The notes under the pieces: model-generated | What the model was told of the DNA's origin: nothing | Database searches by the model: none | Seen by the model: only the letters and a program-made list of their open reading frames with translations | Shown: positions 12,514 through 23,770 of the stretch, piece after piece | Layout of the letters: every line of letters starts with the position of its first letter | How positions within the stretch are numbered: the stretch's first letter is position 1 | Assembly (NCBI GenBank): GCA_028534125.1 | Contig: CM052816.1 | Span: 59,708,001 to 59,772,000 of the forward strand | DNA from: Lama glama | Lineage: Eukaryota | Direction: 5' to 3' | Length of the DNA stretch: 64,000 nucleotides | Made by a program: the position numbers and the translations under genes

Positions 12514-13585
12514 GTAATTACCCAGGTCTCTCTCATAAAACAATAGAAACACATAATTATTACTAAGCAAATGTGAGCTTTTAAGAAGACATCCTAAGCA
12601 AGAAATATATAAAAAGACCGGCAGATGCAAAAAAGCTTGGTAAATATTTTCATTCTGAAAAATGAGAAGTTGTCTGTTGAAACTTGCCAGGGAAAGCTCC
12701 ATTTTGGTTTTACTCATCATCTTTGGAAGAGAGGGAAGTTGGATTTTTCCGTTCACACCTCACACTGCTTTCCTCTCCGGCCTGGGTGGTGACCACGCGG
12801 CTGTCAGCCCTCTTCACACCACTCAGCTGTGGTCAGGTTTGGCCCACGATGCTGGATTTGGTGTGTCCCTTTCAACAGACTCATTTATTGGGCAGATATC
12901 CCACGGCCACAGAGAGAATTTTTTGACCAGGTTGTGGCAATTTGTAATAAAAGGATAAACATAAATGGAACGCCCTGTACTTTTTCATTATAGAGATAGT
13001 CAATATTTGGTACTTAAACGATACATTGTACTCTTCTCTGAACTGCTCTGCAGGAAGCATTTTAAAATATGATGTCTAGGTCCCCACCTAGAATGTAATA
13101 GCTTCAGATCAAATTTGAAACGGAAAGGACTTTGTAGAGCTTTGGACAACATCACAAGTGGAGGGGTATAGTCCCCCATCCCAATATATTTATGATGCTA
13201 GAATCTAGAGTGTCCACTCTGCAAAGTGTCTGAGAGCAAACCTTCTCCTATCTTCGTATAGGATTTTCACAAACATCCTATGTGGATTCCCAATGTAGGC
13301 AGAACTAAGTAGAGTAATTAAAGAGGAGGCTCAGATTAGGGATGAAATATGCAGAAACCCAGATGTTAAACCAACTGTCTGAGAAACTATTGGGGACAAA
13401 AAGCCAATCTGAGACTAATCAAGAAGACAGGTTGAAATTAGAGAACCCATGTGTTTCAAGGAAAGAGCCAACCAAGGTCGGATCCTTAGGATTCATTCTT
13501 TCTTTCACCCACCCATTCAACACCACCAAAAACATATAAATGTGGTGAATGAAATGCACTTGGCCCTTCTTTTCATGTTTCACAG

Positions 13586-13615
13586 GACACGGAAGAAGAA
13601 GCCACACACAATGAA
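13586..13615 (+). other. Candidate 30-nt micro-exon of an unidentified transcript
   Basis: cccttcttttcatgtttcacAG | GACACGGAAGAAGAAGCCACACACAATGAA | GTgagt: polypyrimidine tract, donor and purine-rich ESE. No partner exons identified. Confidence 0.3.
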
Positions 13616-14029
13616 GTGAGTATATCACCATGTGGGGAAATAGAGGCTGTTCCCGGAACTCATGTTGTCTGAGAGACAGAAATGCCCCCAGGTTTCTCCT
13701 GGATCTTCAGGAACCAACTTCCTGTCATCACTCTCACTTCTACCATATTAGAGTCACTGGGATATAAGGTATACAGAATAGAAATTTCCAGATACCAGCA
13801 TAGGATAGTCTTTCTAAACTAAAACACACTCCACATAATCCTACCTTTCCTTGGTGGTTTAGAAAGCCAAGACTAGGAGAACACTGCTTAATAGTGGGTT
13901 CAACGCTCCCTTTTTCTCAGTAGGAGTCAGTGATTCAATGAGAAGAAAAGTGACGCTCTTTAAAGTTCCCAGGAAAAATTAGTTTAAAGCGTATTTTCCC
14001 TTGTCCTTGTCATTCAGGATTGACCCCTC

Positions 14030-14730
14030 TCAGCCACTCCATCAACAGGTCTTAAGGATTCTCCCTATGAAGCATATCCCAGATCCCAAACATTTCTCCA
14101 CCCAACTGCAACCACTCTACCATAGGATGCCATCATTTTGCCCTGGACCACTGTGTTAGCTTCATAACTGATCTGCTTACTTTCAATAACACCACCCCCA
14201 CCCACCCAACCAATATACCACACAGTCAGCTTTTAAAGACATAAATCATACCATATCAGACCCTGCTTTATTTTTCATAGCTTCTCATCAAGTTAAAATA
14301 TCCTTACTGAGGCATGCAAAGCCCTGCATAATCTAGTCCCAGCCTGTCTCTCCAGGCTCCTATCACAGAAGCTTCTCCCTGACCACACTGTCATTACTAC
14401 CTAAGGGCTTTTCATTAGCTGGTCTCTCTTCTCTTAGCTCCAAATGGATTGCTCTTGTCATTTGAGTCTCACCTTAGGTATTACCTCTGCACAGAGACTT
14501 ACCTGATTCCCCATTCCCAAATATTCACCCAGCCACCGTCCCAAAATCACCTTCTACTTTTTTGCATAGCCCTTAGCACTATCTGTTATCTTTCTTCCTC
14601 ATTTTTTCCTGTCCTTTATCACAAGACTGTTAAGTTCCATGAGAACAGAGACCTAGTCACTCTTGATCACTGATGCGTCCCTAAAATTTGCACATCGCCT
14701 GCACTCAGTTGTCATTTGGCGAATGACAAA
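14030..14730 (+). mobile_element. L2a-like LINE 3' region
   Basis: ccatcattttgccctggaccactg; aaagccctgcataatctagtcccagcctgtctctcc; actgttaagttccatgagaacagagacc. Confidence 0.8.
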
Positions 14731-15709
14731 ATGCATTCTTATTTTACTATTTGCTAAGTGTGTTGAGTCAGTCCCTTTCAGGCTGCAAGGAATATAAGTT
14801 ATGCTTAAGTTACTTTACTTACTGACAGCATCAAGGGAGAAGCGGACACAGCCTTAAGGGCTGCCCAGCCAGGCCACAGGGACTGAAGAGTTATTCAGAA
14901 GATGTCACAGTCCCAGCAGCCCCGTGACCTGGACTCTCCCTTAGCAGAAGGTGTCTGTTGCTCTCTCCACCAGTGCCTGGAGATTTATCCATCCATTATT
15001 TTTCAAGAGATCCTGCCACTCCTGATGACTCCCTTCCTGGCTGAGGACCTCATGAGGACACTGCTGTTGGTGGAGATACTGATTCAGAAGGCTTCACAGG
15101 CCATTGGCTCACTTCAACCAAGCTTGAGGTTGCTGTGTATCCTATGTATCCATGAAAATAGCTGAGGCCAGGGTGACAGGGATTGTGTGGGGAAGGGACC
15201 ACCCCCTACTCCACAAAGAGAGCTGTGGGCAATACAGCCATTCTGAGTCTTCTCAAAAGGAGAAACCGTTTTTGTCACTTAGCTCTCCTAATCTGCAGAA
15301 TAATATTAGAAGTTCTAGAACATATAAACATTAAAATGGATGAGGCCAGCGACTGGCCAAGCACAAAATTATGGGTCAAATATATTTTGAGGGTTAACCC
15401 TAGCTGATTAGGATTAATTTCTGATCATTTCCTAAAAATGTGCAATCAAAATGTGTATGTTTGGTCAATATTTTACTTTTTTAATAAAATAAGTTGTGCA
15501 CAAAAATATCTAACTGTTGATTATAAATTGCCCACATGCAAAAATATGGCTGGCTACAAATTTGAAGAAAGTGGTTACAGAATTTTTTGTAGATTTAAGC
15601 AACACTGCTTAATTTTAAGTGTTTTCAGTTTAGGAGAATAGTGCATTTGTTCTCTACATAACCACAATAGAAGGCAGTTCGGCTCAGCATTTCTTAATAC
15701 ATTTGCATT

Positions 15710-16090
15710 GGTAAGCAAAATTGTATCTACAAGGATATTCATTGCATACTGGTTTGTAGTAGCAAAAGTTTAGAAACAACCTAAGTTCCTATAAATAAGG
15801 AGTAGATTAAGTAAATTCCAGTATACCCTTAAAACAGAATGCTCTGCATCTATTAAAAAGGTCAGTCTATATATGTTGATACTGAAAAAAAACCTCAAAA
15901 TATATTGTTAAGTGGAAAAGCAAGGTACAGAAATATGGACGTCATATTCTTATTTATGTGGGAAAAAAGAGTTGCCTCCAAAGAGAGGCCTAGGTGTCTG
16001 GGATGGGAACAAGACCTACTTTCCAATCTGAGCTTTTTTATGGTTTGATTTTCTTTAAATCTCATTCATAAATTCCTTAAAAAATAGAAA
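15710..16090 (+). mobile_element. Old L1ME/L1MC-type 3' fragment
   Basis: acaaggatattcattgcatactggtttgtagtagcaaaagtttagaaacaacctaag...aaacagaatgctctgcatctattaaaaag. Confidence 0.75.
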
Positions 16091-17229
16091 AAAAAACTAG
16101 AACATCATTTTCATATTAAGAAAAATATATATAGCACTTCCCCGTTGAGTCTAGAAGAAAGAGAAATTTGAATATTCAGTATCTTTTATATTGAGAAAAC
16201 TAAGTCTGTCAGGACCTAAAGAATTTCCTCAGTCTTTGCCATTTTCCCTACTCTGTTTATATTATTTGTAACAGGCAGGGCTTAGAAATAGAAAATCCCT
16301 AAAAACAGTGTAAGGATTAAAAGAATTTGCAATATAAGAAAGTACTTAGTACCAAAGTGAACGTTTCCCTGAGGAAGACCCAGTTAGACATGGACTCTCA
16401 TTATGTCACTGGGCTCTCCTGGGCATTTAGTATGACACACAAATTACATAATTCTATAATTAATATAAAGAATATTCTGCAGTTCTTTTCTACTTCAGCT
16501 CTTATGAGAGAGTAGAGATGGAATAAAAATAGCTGAGTTGCTGGGCTTTTACACTGCTTGCATGATCTTCACCTTTTTCTCTCTGCTTTAATATTTATTT
16601 CCATTATCTTTGGTGTTACTTGGATGAATTAGGACAGAGAATGAATGATAAATTCATATTTCTACTCAGGATAGCATTGTAAATTCACAATCTGAGATAC
16701 TCCAAATAGTCCAAACATAACAATAACAGATTTTTAAAAGAGATTTTAAGAAAATAGATATGACTTAAAAAATCAGATATTTTCATGGACCTGAAGAGGA
16801 AAATAAACTATAAAGTGAAAAGGTAGAATGAGGGTGAGAGACACTGGGCTGGGGACTTTCAGGGCTCTAGGTCTGGAAACTGTCAGAGGATACTAGGGAT
16901 GGTGATGATTGTGGGATAATGAGAACTAAAACTGCCTGATTTAAGACTGGAGCCTGACTCACTTATTGAACCCAGAGGCTGGGATGGGTTAACTTCATCT
17001 GTAAAAGAGGCTAAAATAACACTATTTGCTACCACTGTCTTGGGCTATAGCTTCTATTAAGCTACGTAATTGGGGTACAGGAAACAAACACATAGCCTCA
17101 ATGTCAGGAGCTGAGCTAAGCTGTTTACTAGCTTGGATTGGATGTGTAATGTTTCCAATATTTTCCTTCATGGATGCCCTGAATATCCAATATACGGCAT
17201 GAATCTGAATCCTTAGGCCTGAGGAAAAG

Positions 17230-17936
17230 TGTGGAAACAAGCACCAAACTGGTAAAACGAGCACTAGTTGACTTCCAAAAGTGAAGAAGAAGAAAAACAA
17301 TTTTGTTACCCAAGATGAACCTTCAAATAAAAATTCCACATATAAGAGGGATACAAACATCAACATAACCAGCAACGATACTAATGCGCAGAGATGAGTT
17401 TACCTAAAGGCAAGAACAATACAGCAATCTGAACATTAGTTTAAAATTAGTGTATTAACGATGCTCAAAGTGATAAAAAAAAAAAGGAAGAACATCTCCT
17501 TCCTAAAATACTAAACAAAAACAGTCAAACAGAGAATTAGTAAATTAAAAGATGGTTCTAAGGAATTGATCCAGGACATAGTACAGAGAGAAAAAAAAGT
17601 TTAAAAATGTAAAAAAGTACCTGAGAAACATGGAAAATATAATATATCTAACAGAAGCCCCAGGGACAGAGAACAGAAGGAATGATAGAGACACAACAGT
17701 GAAAGGAAGAATGGCAAAAAAATATTGTCCAGAACTAATAAAATACTCAATTTTTCAAGTTTAAAGTGCACACATAGCACTGAGCACAATCAATGAATCT
17801 AGACCTAGAAATTGAATTGATAGTTTATGTTTCACGTATAAAAAGAAAAAAGTATAAGCTAGTAGGTCGGAAGCTCGGTGACAGAAGGAAAGCAGACTTC
17901 TGTCAACAGCAACAGATGTTGAAAAGCAACAAGATA
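17230..17936 (+). mobile_element. HAL1 / old L1M ORF1-region fragment, left part
   Basis: A-rich ORF1-like text (gagaattagtaaattaaaagat; aatatatctaacagaagccccag; gcagacttctgtcaacagcaacag). Resumes after 18734. Confidence 0.6.
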
Positions 17937-18733
17937 GGATATTTCTGGGAAGACTGCCGATTATGAAGCACCATAAGCCTGTCTCTCCACCTGGACAATG
18001 AATACACTGGCAGAATCTGTCTATTCAACTATTTTGGAATTCTGGAGCCTACTGAAGGCTTGCCACTTGCAGGGAAAGCCTTCCCATTCTTGATGGGCGC
18101 ATAAAATGGTACAGCCTCTATAGAAAACAGTATGACAACTTCTGAAAAAAATAAAAATAGAATTAATATATGACCTAGCAATTCTACTTCTGAGTATATA
18201 CTCAAAAGAACCCCTGAAAGTAGGGGTTCAAAGAGATAGCTGTACACCCATGTTCATAACAGCATTATTGGCAATATCTAAAACGTGGAAGCAACCCAAG
18301 TGTTCACAACTTCAGATAAACAAAATGTGGTGTAAACACACGGTGGAATATTAATCATCCTTAAGAAGGAACAAAATTTGGATACATGATGCAAAATGGA
18401 TGAATTTTGAGAACATTATACTGAGCGAAAACAAACCAGTTCCTAAAAGACTATATGATTCCACTTACACGAGGTACTTAGAAGGTCAAAATCATACAGA
18501 CAGAAACTAAAATGGTGGTTGTCAGTGGCTAGGATGAAGGAGAAATGGGAAGTTGTTATTTAATGTGTACAGAGTTTCAGTTTTGTAACATGAGAAGAGT
18601 TCTGGAGATGAATGGAGATAATGTTTCACAATATTAATATATTTAATACCACTGAATTCTACACCAAAAAATTATTAAAGTAGTACATTTTATGTTAAGT
18701 GTGTTTTACCACAATAAAAATATGGAAAAGAAA
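17937..18733 (+). mobile_element. Internally deleted L1MB/L1M3-type element (5'-UTR start fused to 3' end) with TSD
   Basis: About 145 bp of L1 5'-end-like sequence, then ORF2-end/3'UTR to ttttaccacaataaaaa. TSD gaaaagcaacaagata (17921-17936) / gaaaagcaacaggata (18734-18749). Confidence 0.8.
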
Positions 18734-18955
18734 GAAAAGCAACAGGATAATATTTTCAAAGTGCTGATAAAAATAGCTGCCAAAATAAATTCTATAATCA
18801 GGTAATCTATTATTCAAGAGTAAGACAAAAATCTAAAACATTCAAAACCATTGCTGATAAACCACTAGTTGGTGTGCTTCACAAAGAAAATCAAACTCAG
18901 AGGAAAGACATGAAGATGTAAAGAATGGAGGTGACTGTGGATATTGGTAAAATAT
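18734..18955 (+). mobile_element. HAL1 / old L1M ORF1-region fragment, right part
   Basis: ataatattttcaaagtgctga...aattctataatcaggtaatctattattcaagagt continues the interrupted element. Confidence 0.6.
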
Positions 18956-18960
18956 GTTAA

Positions 18961-19435
18961 TGTGACAAGACTGTATTTTCCAAGCACCATCACAGCAGCA
19001 TTTCCAGTCCTTGCTATTGTAGAACCTTGCCACACCACCATCAGAGGATTGAGTGTTTCCCTGCCCTGAATCCAAAGAAACTGCAGCTGCCTTCAGTGAG
19101 TAAGATCCAGGGAAAATGGCACTGTGTGACTTTCAAGGCTGGGTGATGTGGTTTCTGCTTGGCCATCTCTTTCTTGGGACACTTTCCCTGGGAAGCCATC
19201 ATGCTCTGAGAAAGCCCAAACTAGCCGACACAAAGAGACCACCTGGAAAGGAACACGTGGAGAGAGACTGAGGCCCCCAGCCAGTAGCCAGATTCCAATG
19301 AAGGCCTTATACAGTGTGACAAGCCATCTCTAATTTGCCCTGCTCAAATTCATGACCCACAGCGTCCACGAGCATAATAATGATTTTCTTTTTTTTTATG
19401 CCATTAAATTTTGGAGCAACGTGTTACAGAATTGT
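18961..19435 (+). mobile_element. MLT1G/H-like MaLR LTR
   Basis: actgtgtgactttcaaggctggg; catgctctgagaaagcccaaactagcc; ccctgctcaaattcatgacccacag; gccattaaattttggagcaacgtgttac. Confidence 0.8.
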
Positions 19436-19512
19436 ATGGAAGAGTTAGTATATTTGACTGCTGACTGTTAAAAATATTTTTGTAACTAATAATAATAACA
19501 ATAACAATAATA

Positions 19513-19790
19513 AAAACAGACTTATAATTACCAGAGGAGAGAGAGGGGTGGGAAGGGATAAACTGAGATTTCAAGATTTGCAGATACTAACTACTATACA
19601 TAAAATAGATAAACAGCAAGTTTCTACTGTATACCACAGGGAACCATAGTCAATATCTTGTAGTAACTTATAATGAAAAAGTATATGAAAATGAACATAC
19701 GTATGCGTATGTATGACTGAAACTTTATGCTGTACACCAGAAACTGACACATTGTGAACTGACTATACTTCAAAAAATAATAATAAAAGG
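19513..19790 (+). mobile_element. Camelid-type L1 3'-UTR stub
   Basis: gggataaactgagatttcaagatttgcagatactaactact...atgctgtacaccagaaactgacacattgtgaactgactatacttcaa; same family text as 10549-10811. Confidence 0.88.
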
Positions 19791-20952
19791 AAAGAAAATG
19801 GAAATTATTTAAGAGAGAAGTTGCTTGCTTTGGGAGAAGAGTAATGATGTATAATAAATTTAAGCTTTGATAACATTTTACAGTTACGTTTGTGTGCTGA
19901 ACATTTGAAGATAAACATTAAAAAAAAATAGAAATTGAATCTACGGAGTCTAATCCAGCAAAGAGAAAAAGTTGGAGGGGTAATAATGAAAATTTTATAA
20001 ATATATATAATCAGAGACAAACCACATAACATGATAATCAACTAACTAGTTCACAATGCTTTTCAAATTCTCAGAATTCTACTTAATTTAGGCTACATTC
20101 ATTAAAAAACCCAAGGACCAGTAGGAATTAGACTCCTGCGTCTCAGGTTTTCTGATAATGTAAAGTTCAGAAAGTTTGGTCTTTTTGGTTATTTTCAGTA
20201 TAAGCCTCAACACTTTTGAGAGAGTGACTGTTGACAGAATCAGTTTTAATTAGGCCGAGTATTGTGATATTTTAGTGAGAATGTATAGTCACCACAAATT
20301 AGCTTTCTGGAATCTCTCCTGGAAGAACAGGGAAGAGAATAATAAGATAACTAAGTCATTAAGGAAGAAAGTGGTGGTAGTTTCCCCCCAGCTAGGCATA
20401 GTTGTCTGCTAGCTCACCTTATTCTTCTTTAAATAACACAGACAAAAATAGTAATCATTCGTGACAGGCAGTATGTGGCTCAATTTGCCAACGGATCTCA
20501 CCGATTTTTGTGTGTACCGTAGTTCTTTGCATCTCAGTACCCCCACTCTGTGATTCTACAGGGTGTACTAACAAATGCCCTCCAGAGTGCTCTAAGAAGG
20601 GAAAAGGGACACAGATATCACAGCTCTGGACTTTTAGCTGTTTCCTTTACTCTACTCCTCTCATTTCTGTGCCAGTGGGATCCAGGCTGTGGAGCCATAG
20701 ACTGTGGTCAGACCAAAGGGAAGTGGAAGAGGATACCAGAGAGAAGCCATGATGACTTGGTTTACTTGCAGGACAAGACAACTTGCTCCTCTCCTCCAAA
20801 GCGTTGAATAGTACTTACTGAAATCACTACTTATTTGTGTCTTGGTTCACATGTTGCTTTATAATGATAATTTAACTACATGGGTCTTATCTCTTTAATT
20901 GGGCTGTGTACATTTTAAGGAGTAGTATTTCATTAATATGAGTTATTTCCAC

Positions 20953-21103
20953 GGGGAAGATATAGCTCAGTGGTACAGTGAGTGCTTAACATGTACAAGG
21001 TCCTGGGTTCAATCCCCAGTATCTCCATTAAAAAAAACAATAAAAAAAATACATAGACCAAATGACCCCACCAACAAAAAAATTAAAAAATTAAAATTAA
21101 AAA
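20953..21103 (+). mobile_element. Vic-1-type camelid SINE inserted in an L2 remnant
   Basis: ggggaagatatagctcagtggtacag...aaggtcctgggttcaatccccagtatctcc plus A-rich tail. Flanks tgagttatttcc / tgagtatttcc (TSD-like). Confidence 0.88.
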
Positions 21104-22509
21104 GTGAGTATTTCCGGCACTTAAGGTAGTACTGGCACATAGTAAATACAATAATGTTTACCAAATCAATAAATGCTACAGATGAGAAATGAATTTTCTC
21201 TGAATTTTCTTCATAATAAGTTTTCTCTATAAAATGAAATTAAGAAGTCTGCCCAGGAAATTTAGTGACAGAAGCAGGACAAGAACCCAAAGACTGTGCT
21301 TTCCTCTCACCCCCTCAGAGGCAGCAGCACCCCCTCTAAATATAGAAAACTCATCCTCAGAAGCCTCCAGATTCCTTCTGGCAAGCCTGGGTTATACCCA
21401 CCAGGCTTCAGTGAGATGAGGTCTATGGTCTCTGCTGATTACAAGATACCGTGACAGTGATCTGGTGTCTTTAACGTCTCCCAGTGACTACAAGTAAAGA
21501 AAGCAGTTCAACAGCATGTGCATACTGTGACCATAATCTTAGGTGGACTCCTTTTGCTATTATTTTTACATGTAAAGGAAACATTTCACCTTTCTACAGC
21601 TCTCTCTTTCCTTGAAATAGTCCCAAATATTGACCGGAAAAGATAACATTCTACTTGCCATTATAATGAGTGTTCATTTATTTAATATTCCATGCCATTC
21701 CTTTATAATTTCTATGTTAATAAATCCAATAATCCCAGATGTACTACATTCCTGAAGGCGAAGGGTGAGAGGCAATAATCTTCTACCTTCTCACCATAAT
21801 CCTTCCCTATTTTATAAAATTTCCCAGTACAGTATAAAGATTTGGGGAAAACATTAACAATCAGTTGGTGATTACTCTATAAACTATGAATAATATCAAA
21901 ATTCCCCAGTTATTTTCTCTGGGTAGCCTAGGATTTTTTTTTTTTTCCATTAGAAAGGACCTGTAGGTTTACTGATCAGGACATACTGTTCTTCCTTTTA
22001 ACCTTATCTTTTCAAGGCTTGTGAAGTTCTGCCTTACATTTATTGCCTAATAGACTTGAAAGACAGGAGAAAAGTGGTGGCAAGAACAGCTGAATGGAAC
22101 TGTTGATTATGATTGACAAAGAGCCGCAGTGTGAGAACGAGAAACAAAGGAGCCTCTGTGCTGGTGGGAAGCGTGTGACCAGCTGCCCCAGTTCAGCCAG
22201 AGCAGTTCCATTTGTTAGTCTACTTTTCTGGATTTCCATCAAGATCCTGGTGGAACCTGCTCCTTTCCACAACCCTTCCCATTTCCCCCAGTCCTCAAAA
22301 GGGATTAAAAAAAAAAAAAGAGGGACTCCAATGAATAGCCATATGCCTTCTTGTATTCTCTTGGCTTTTTCCTCTGTTTCTAAAGCATAGTCTCCAAATA
22401 TTTTTTATCAAGGATTTAATCAGTAAAACATATGGCCCCATTTATAAATTAGATTCCTGTACTTCTTATGTTGATACTTTGTGCTAATATATTACATGTC
22501 TTATAAAAC

Positions 22510-22845
22510 ATATAAGGAATCTAAAAAATAATACAAATTTTATTTACAAACCAGAAATAGACTCACAGACATAGAAAGCAAACTGTGGTTACCAGGAGGA
22601 AAGGGAGGGAAGGGATAGATGAGGAGTTTAGGATTAACAGATACACATCACTATATATAAAATAGATAAACAACAAGTTCCCTGTATAGCACAGGGAACT
22701 ATATTCAATTTCTTGTAATGAGCTGTAATGGAAAAGAACCTTAAAAAATATGTATGTATATGTATAACTGAATTGCTTTGCTGTACACATGAAACTAACA
22801 TTGTAAATCAACTATACTTCAATAATAAATGAGAATTAAAAAAAT
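22510..22845 (+). mobile_element. Cetartiodactyl L1 3'-UTR stub
   Basis: tttacaaaccagaaatagactcacagacatagaaagcaaac...aaatagataaacaacaag...tgtaaatcaactatacttcaata. Confidence 0.9.
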
Positions 22846-23134
22846 ATAAAAAGAATTTAAAAGTGATGCAAAATCAATATAAATAAAATTTTTCTTATTA
22901 TTTCCTGTCTGCACCCTAATGCATCAACTGTGCAATCCCAGGGTGTTTGCACTCTTGTTTTGGAGGCTCCTGACCAAAAGACAGTTGTGAGTTAACCAAA
23001 GAAAAGTGTAGTCCAATCTGAGAAGCTGCATCTCCTTTTGACATCATTTGGGGATGGGACGACTCAGGCAGCTTCCTCATGTTTCTGGATACTTCTGGGA
23101 AGATCATGCAAAAAGCATCAGAAAGTGTTCAACC

Positions 23135-23400
23135 CCAGGGTTCTGTAGACCCGAAATCTAGCTCCAGCCTCATCACTAACTAGCTCTGTGACTCTGAAAA
23201 AATCATTTAAACTTTCTGAATTTAATGTCACTGGTAAAAAGCATAATTTTCCTGCCCATGTCTCTTAGTTGCTGTAAATATCAAACAAGGTAGTAGATTT
23301 GCAATTTCCTGCCTATCTCTTAATTATTGTAAATGTCAAACAAGGCAGTGGGTTTGCGATTGTTTTGCAAAGAGTAACATGGATCGAAATATAGGGCAAT
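23135..23400 (+). mobile_element. MIR SINE carrying an internal ~57-bp tandem duplication
   Basis: cactaactagctctgtgactctg core; duplicated unit at 23245-23302 and 23303-23357. Confidence 0.65.
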
Positions 23401-23609
23401 ATTGTTATTCTATTTAATGACCATGGTAGGTAAGGTTATTTCCCCCAGTGTTCACTGCATCGACAAAACTAATTCACTACAGACACACTTCCCTTTGCCC
23501 CTCCCTACCATATAAATGACCACTGGTGAAAATTCAAGACTTCTATTTTAGATTTTAGTGAACAGTCTCCTACCTCTTCCTCTCAAGGTTTTAAGTAAGA
23601 AGGAGAGAA

Positions 23610-23770
23610 AAATTTTAGAGTTGAAGGAATGTAAAAGATGATCTGAGCTAGTGTTCTTATTTTATGGATGAAGATACTGATGCTCAGAGAGGGCCGATTT
23701 TCCCAGAATCACACCGCTGGGAAAGGAGCCACATTCACACCTAGCCTCCCTATTTTGCAGTCAATGCTGC
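23610..23770 (-). mobile_element. MIR fragment
   Basis: cttattttatggatgaagatactgatgctcagagaggg...tcccagaatcacac. Confidence 0.65.

Noticed and set aside
20749..20821. Box C (atgatga) and box D (ctga) at snoRNA-like spacing
   Set aside because: No terminal stem, and no guide complementarity to rRNA or snRNA that I could recognise.
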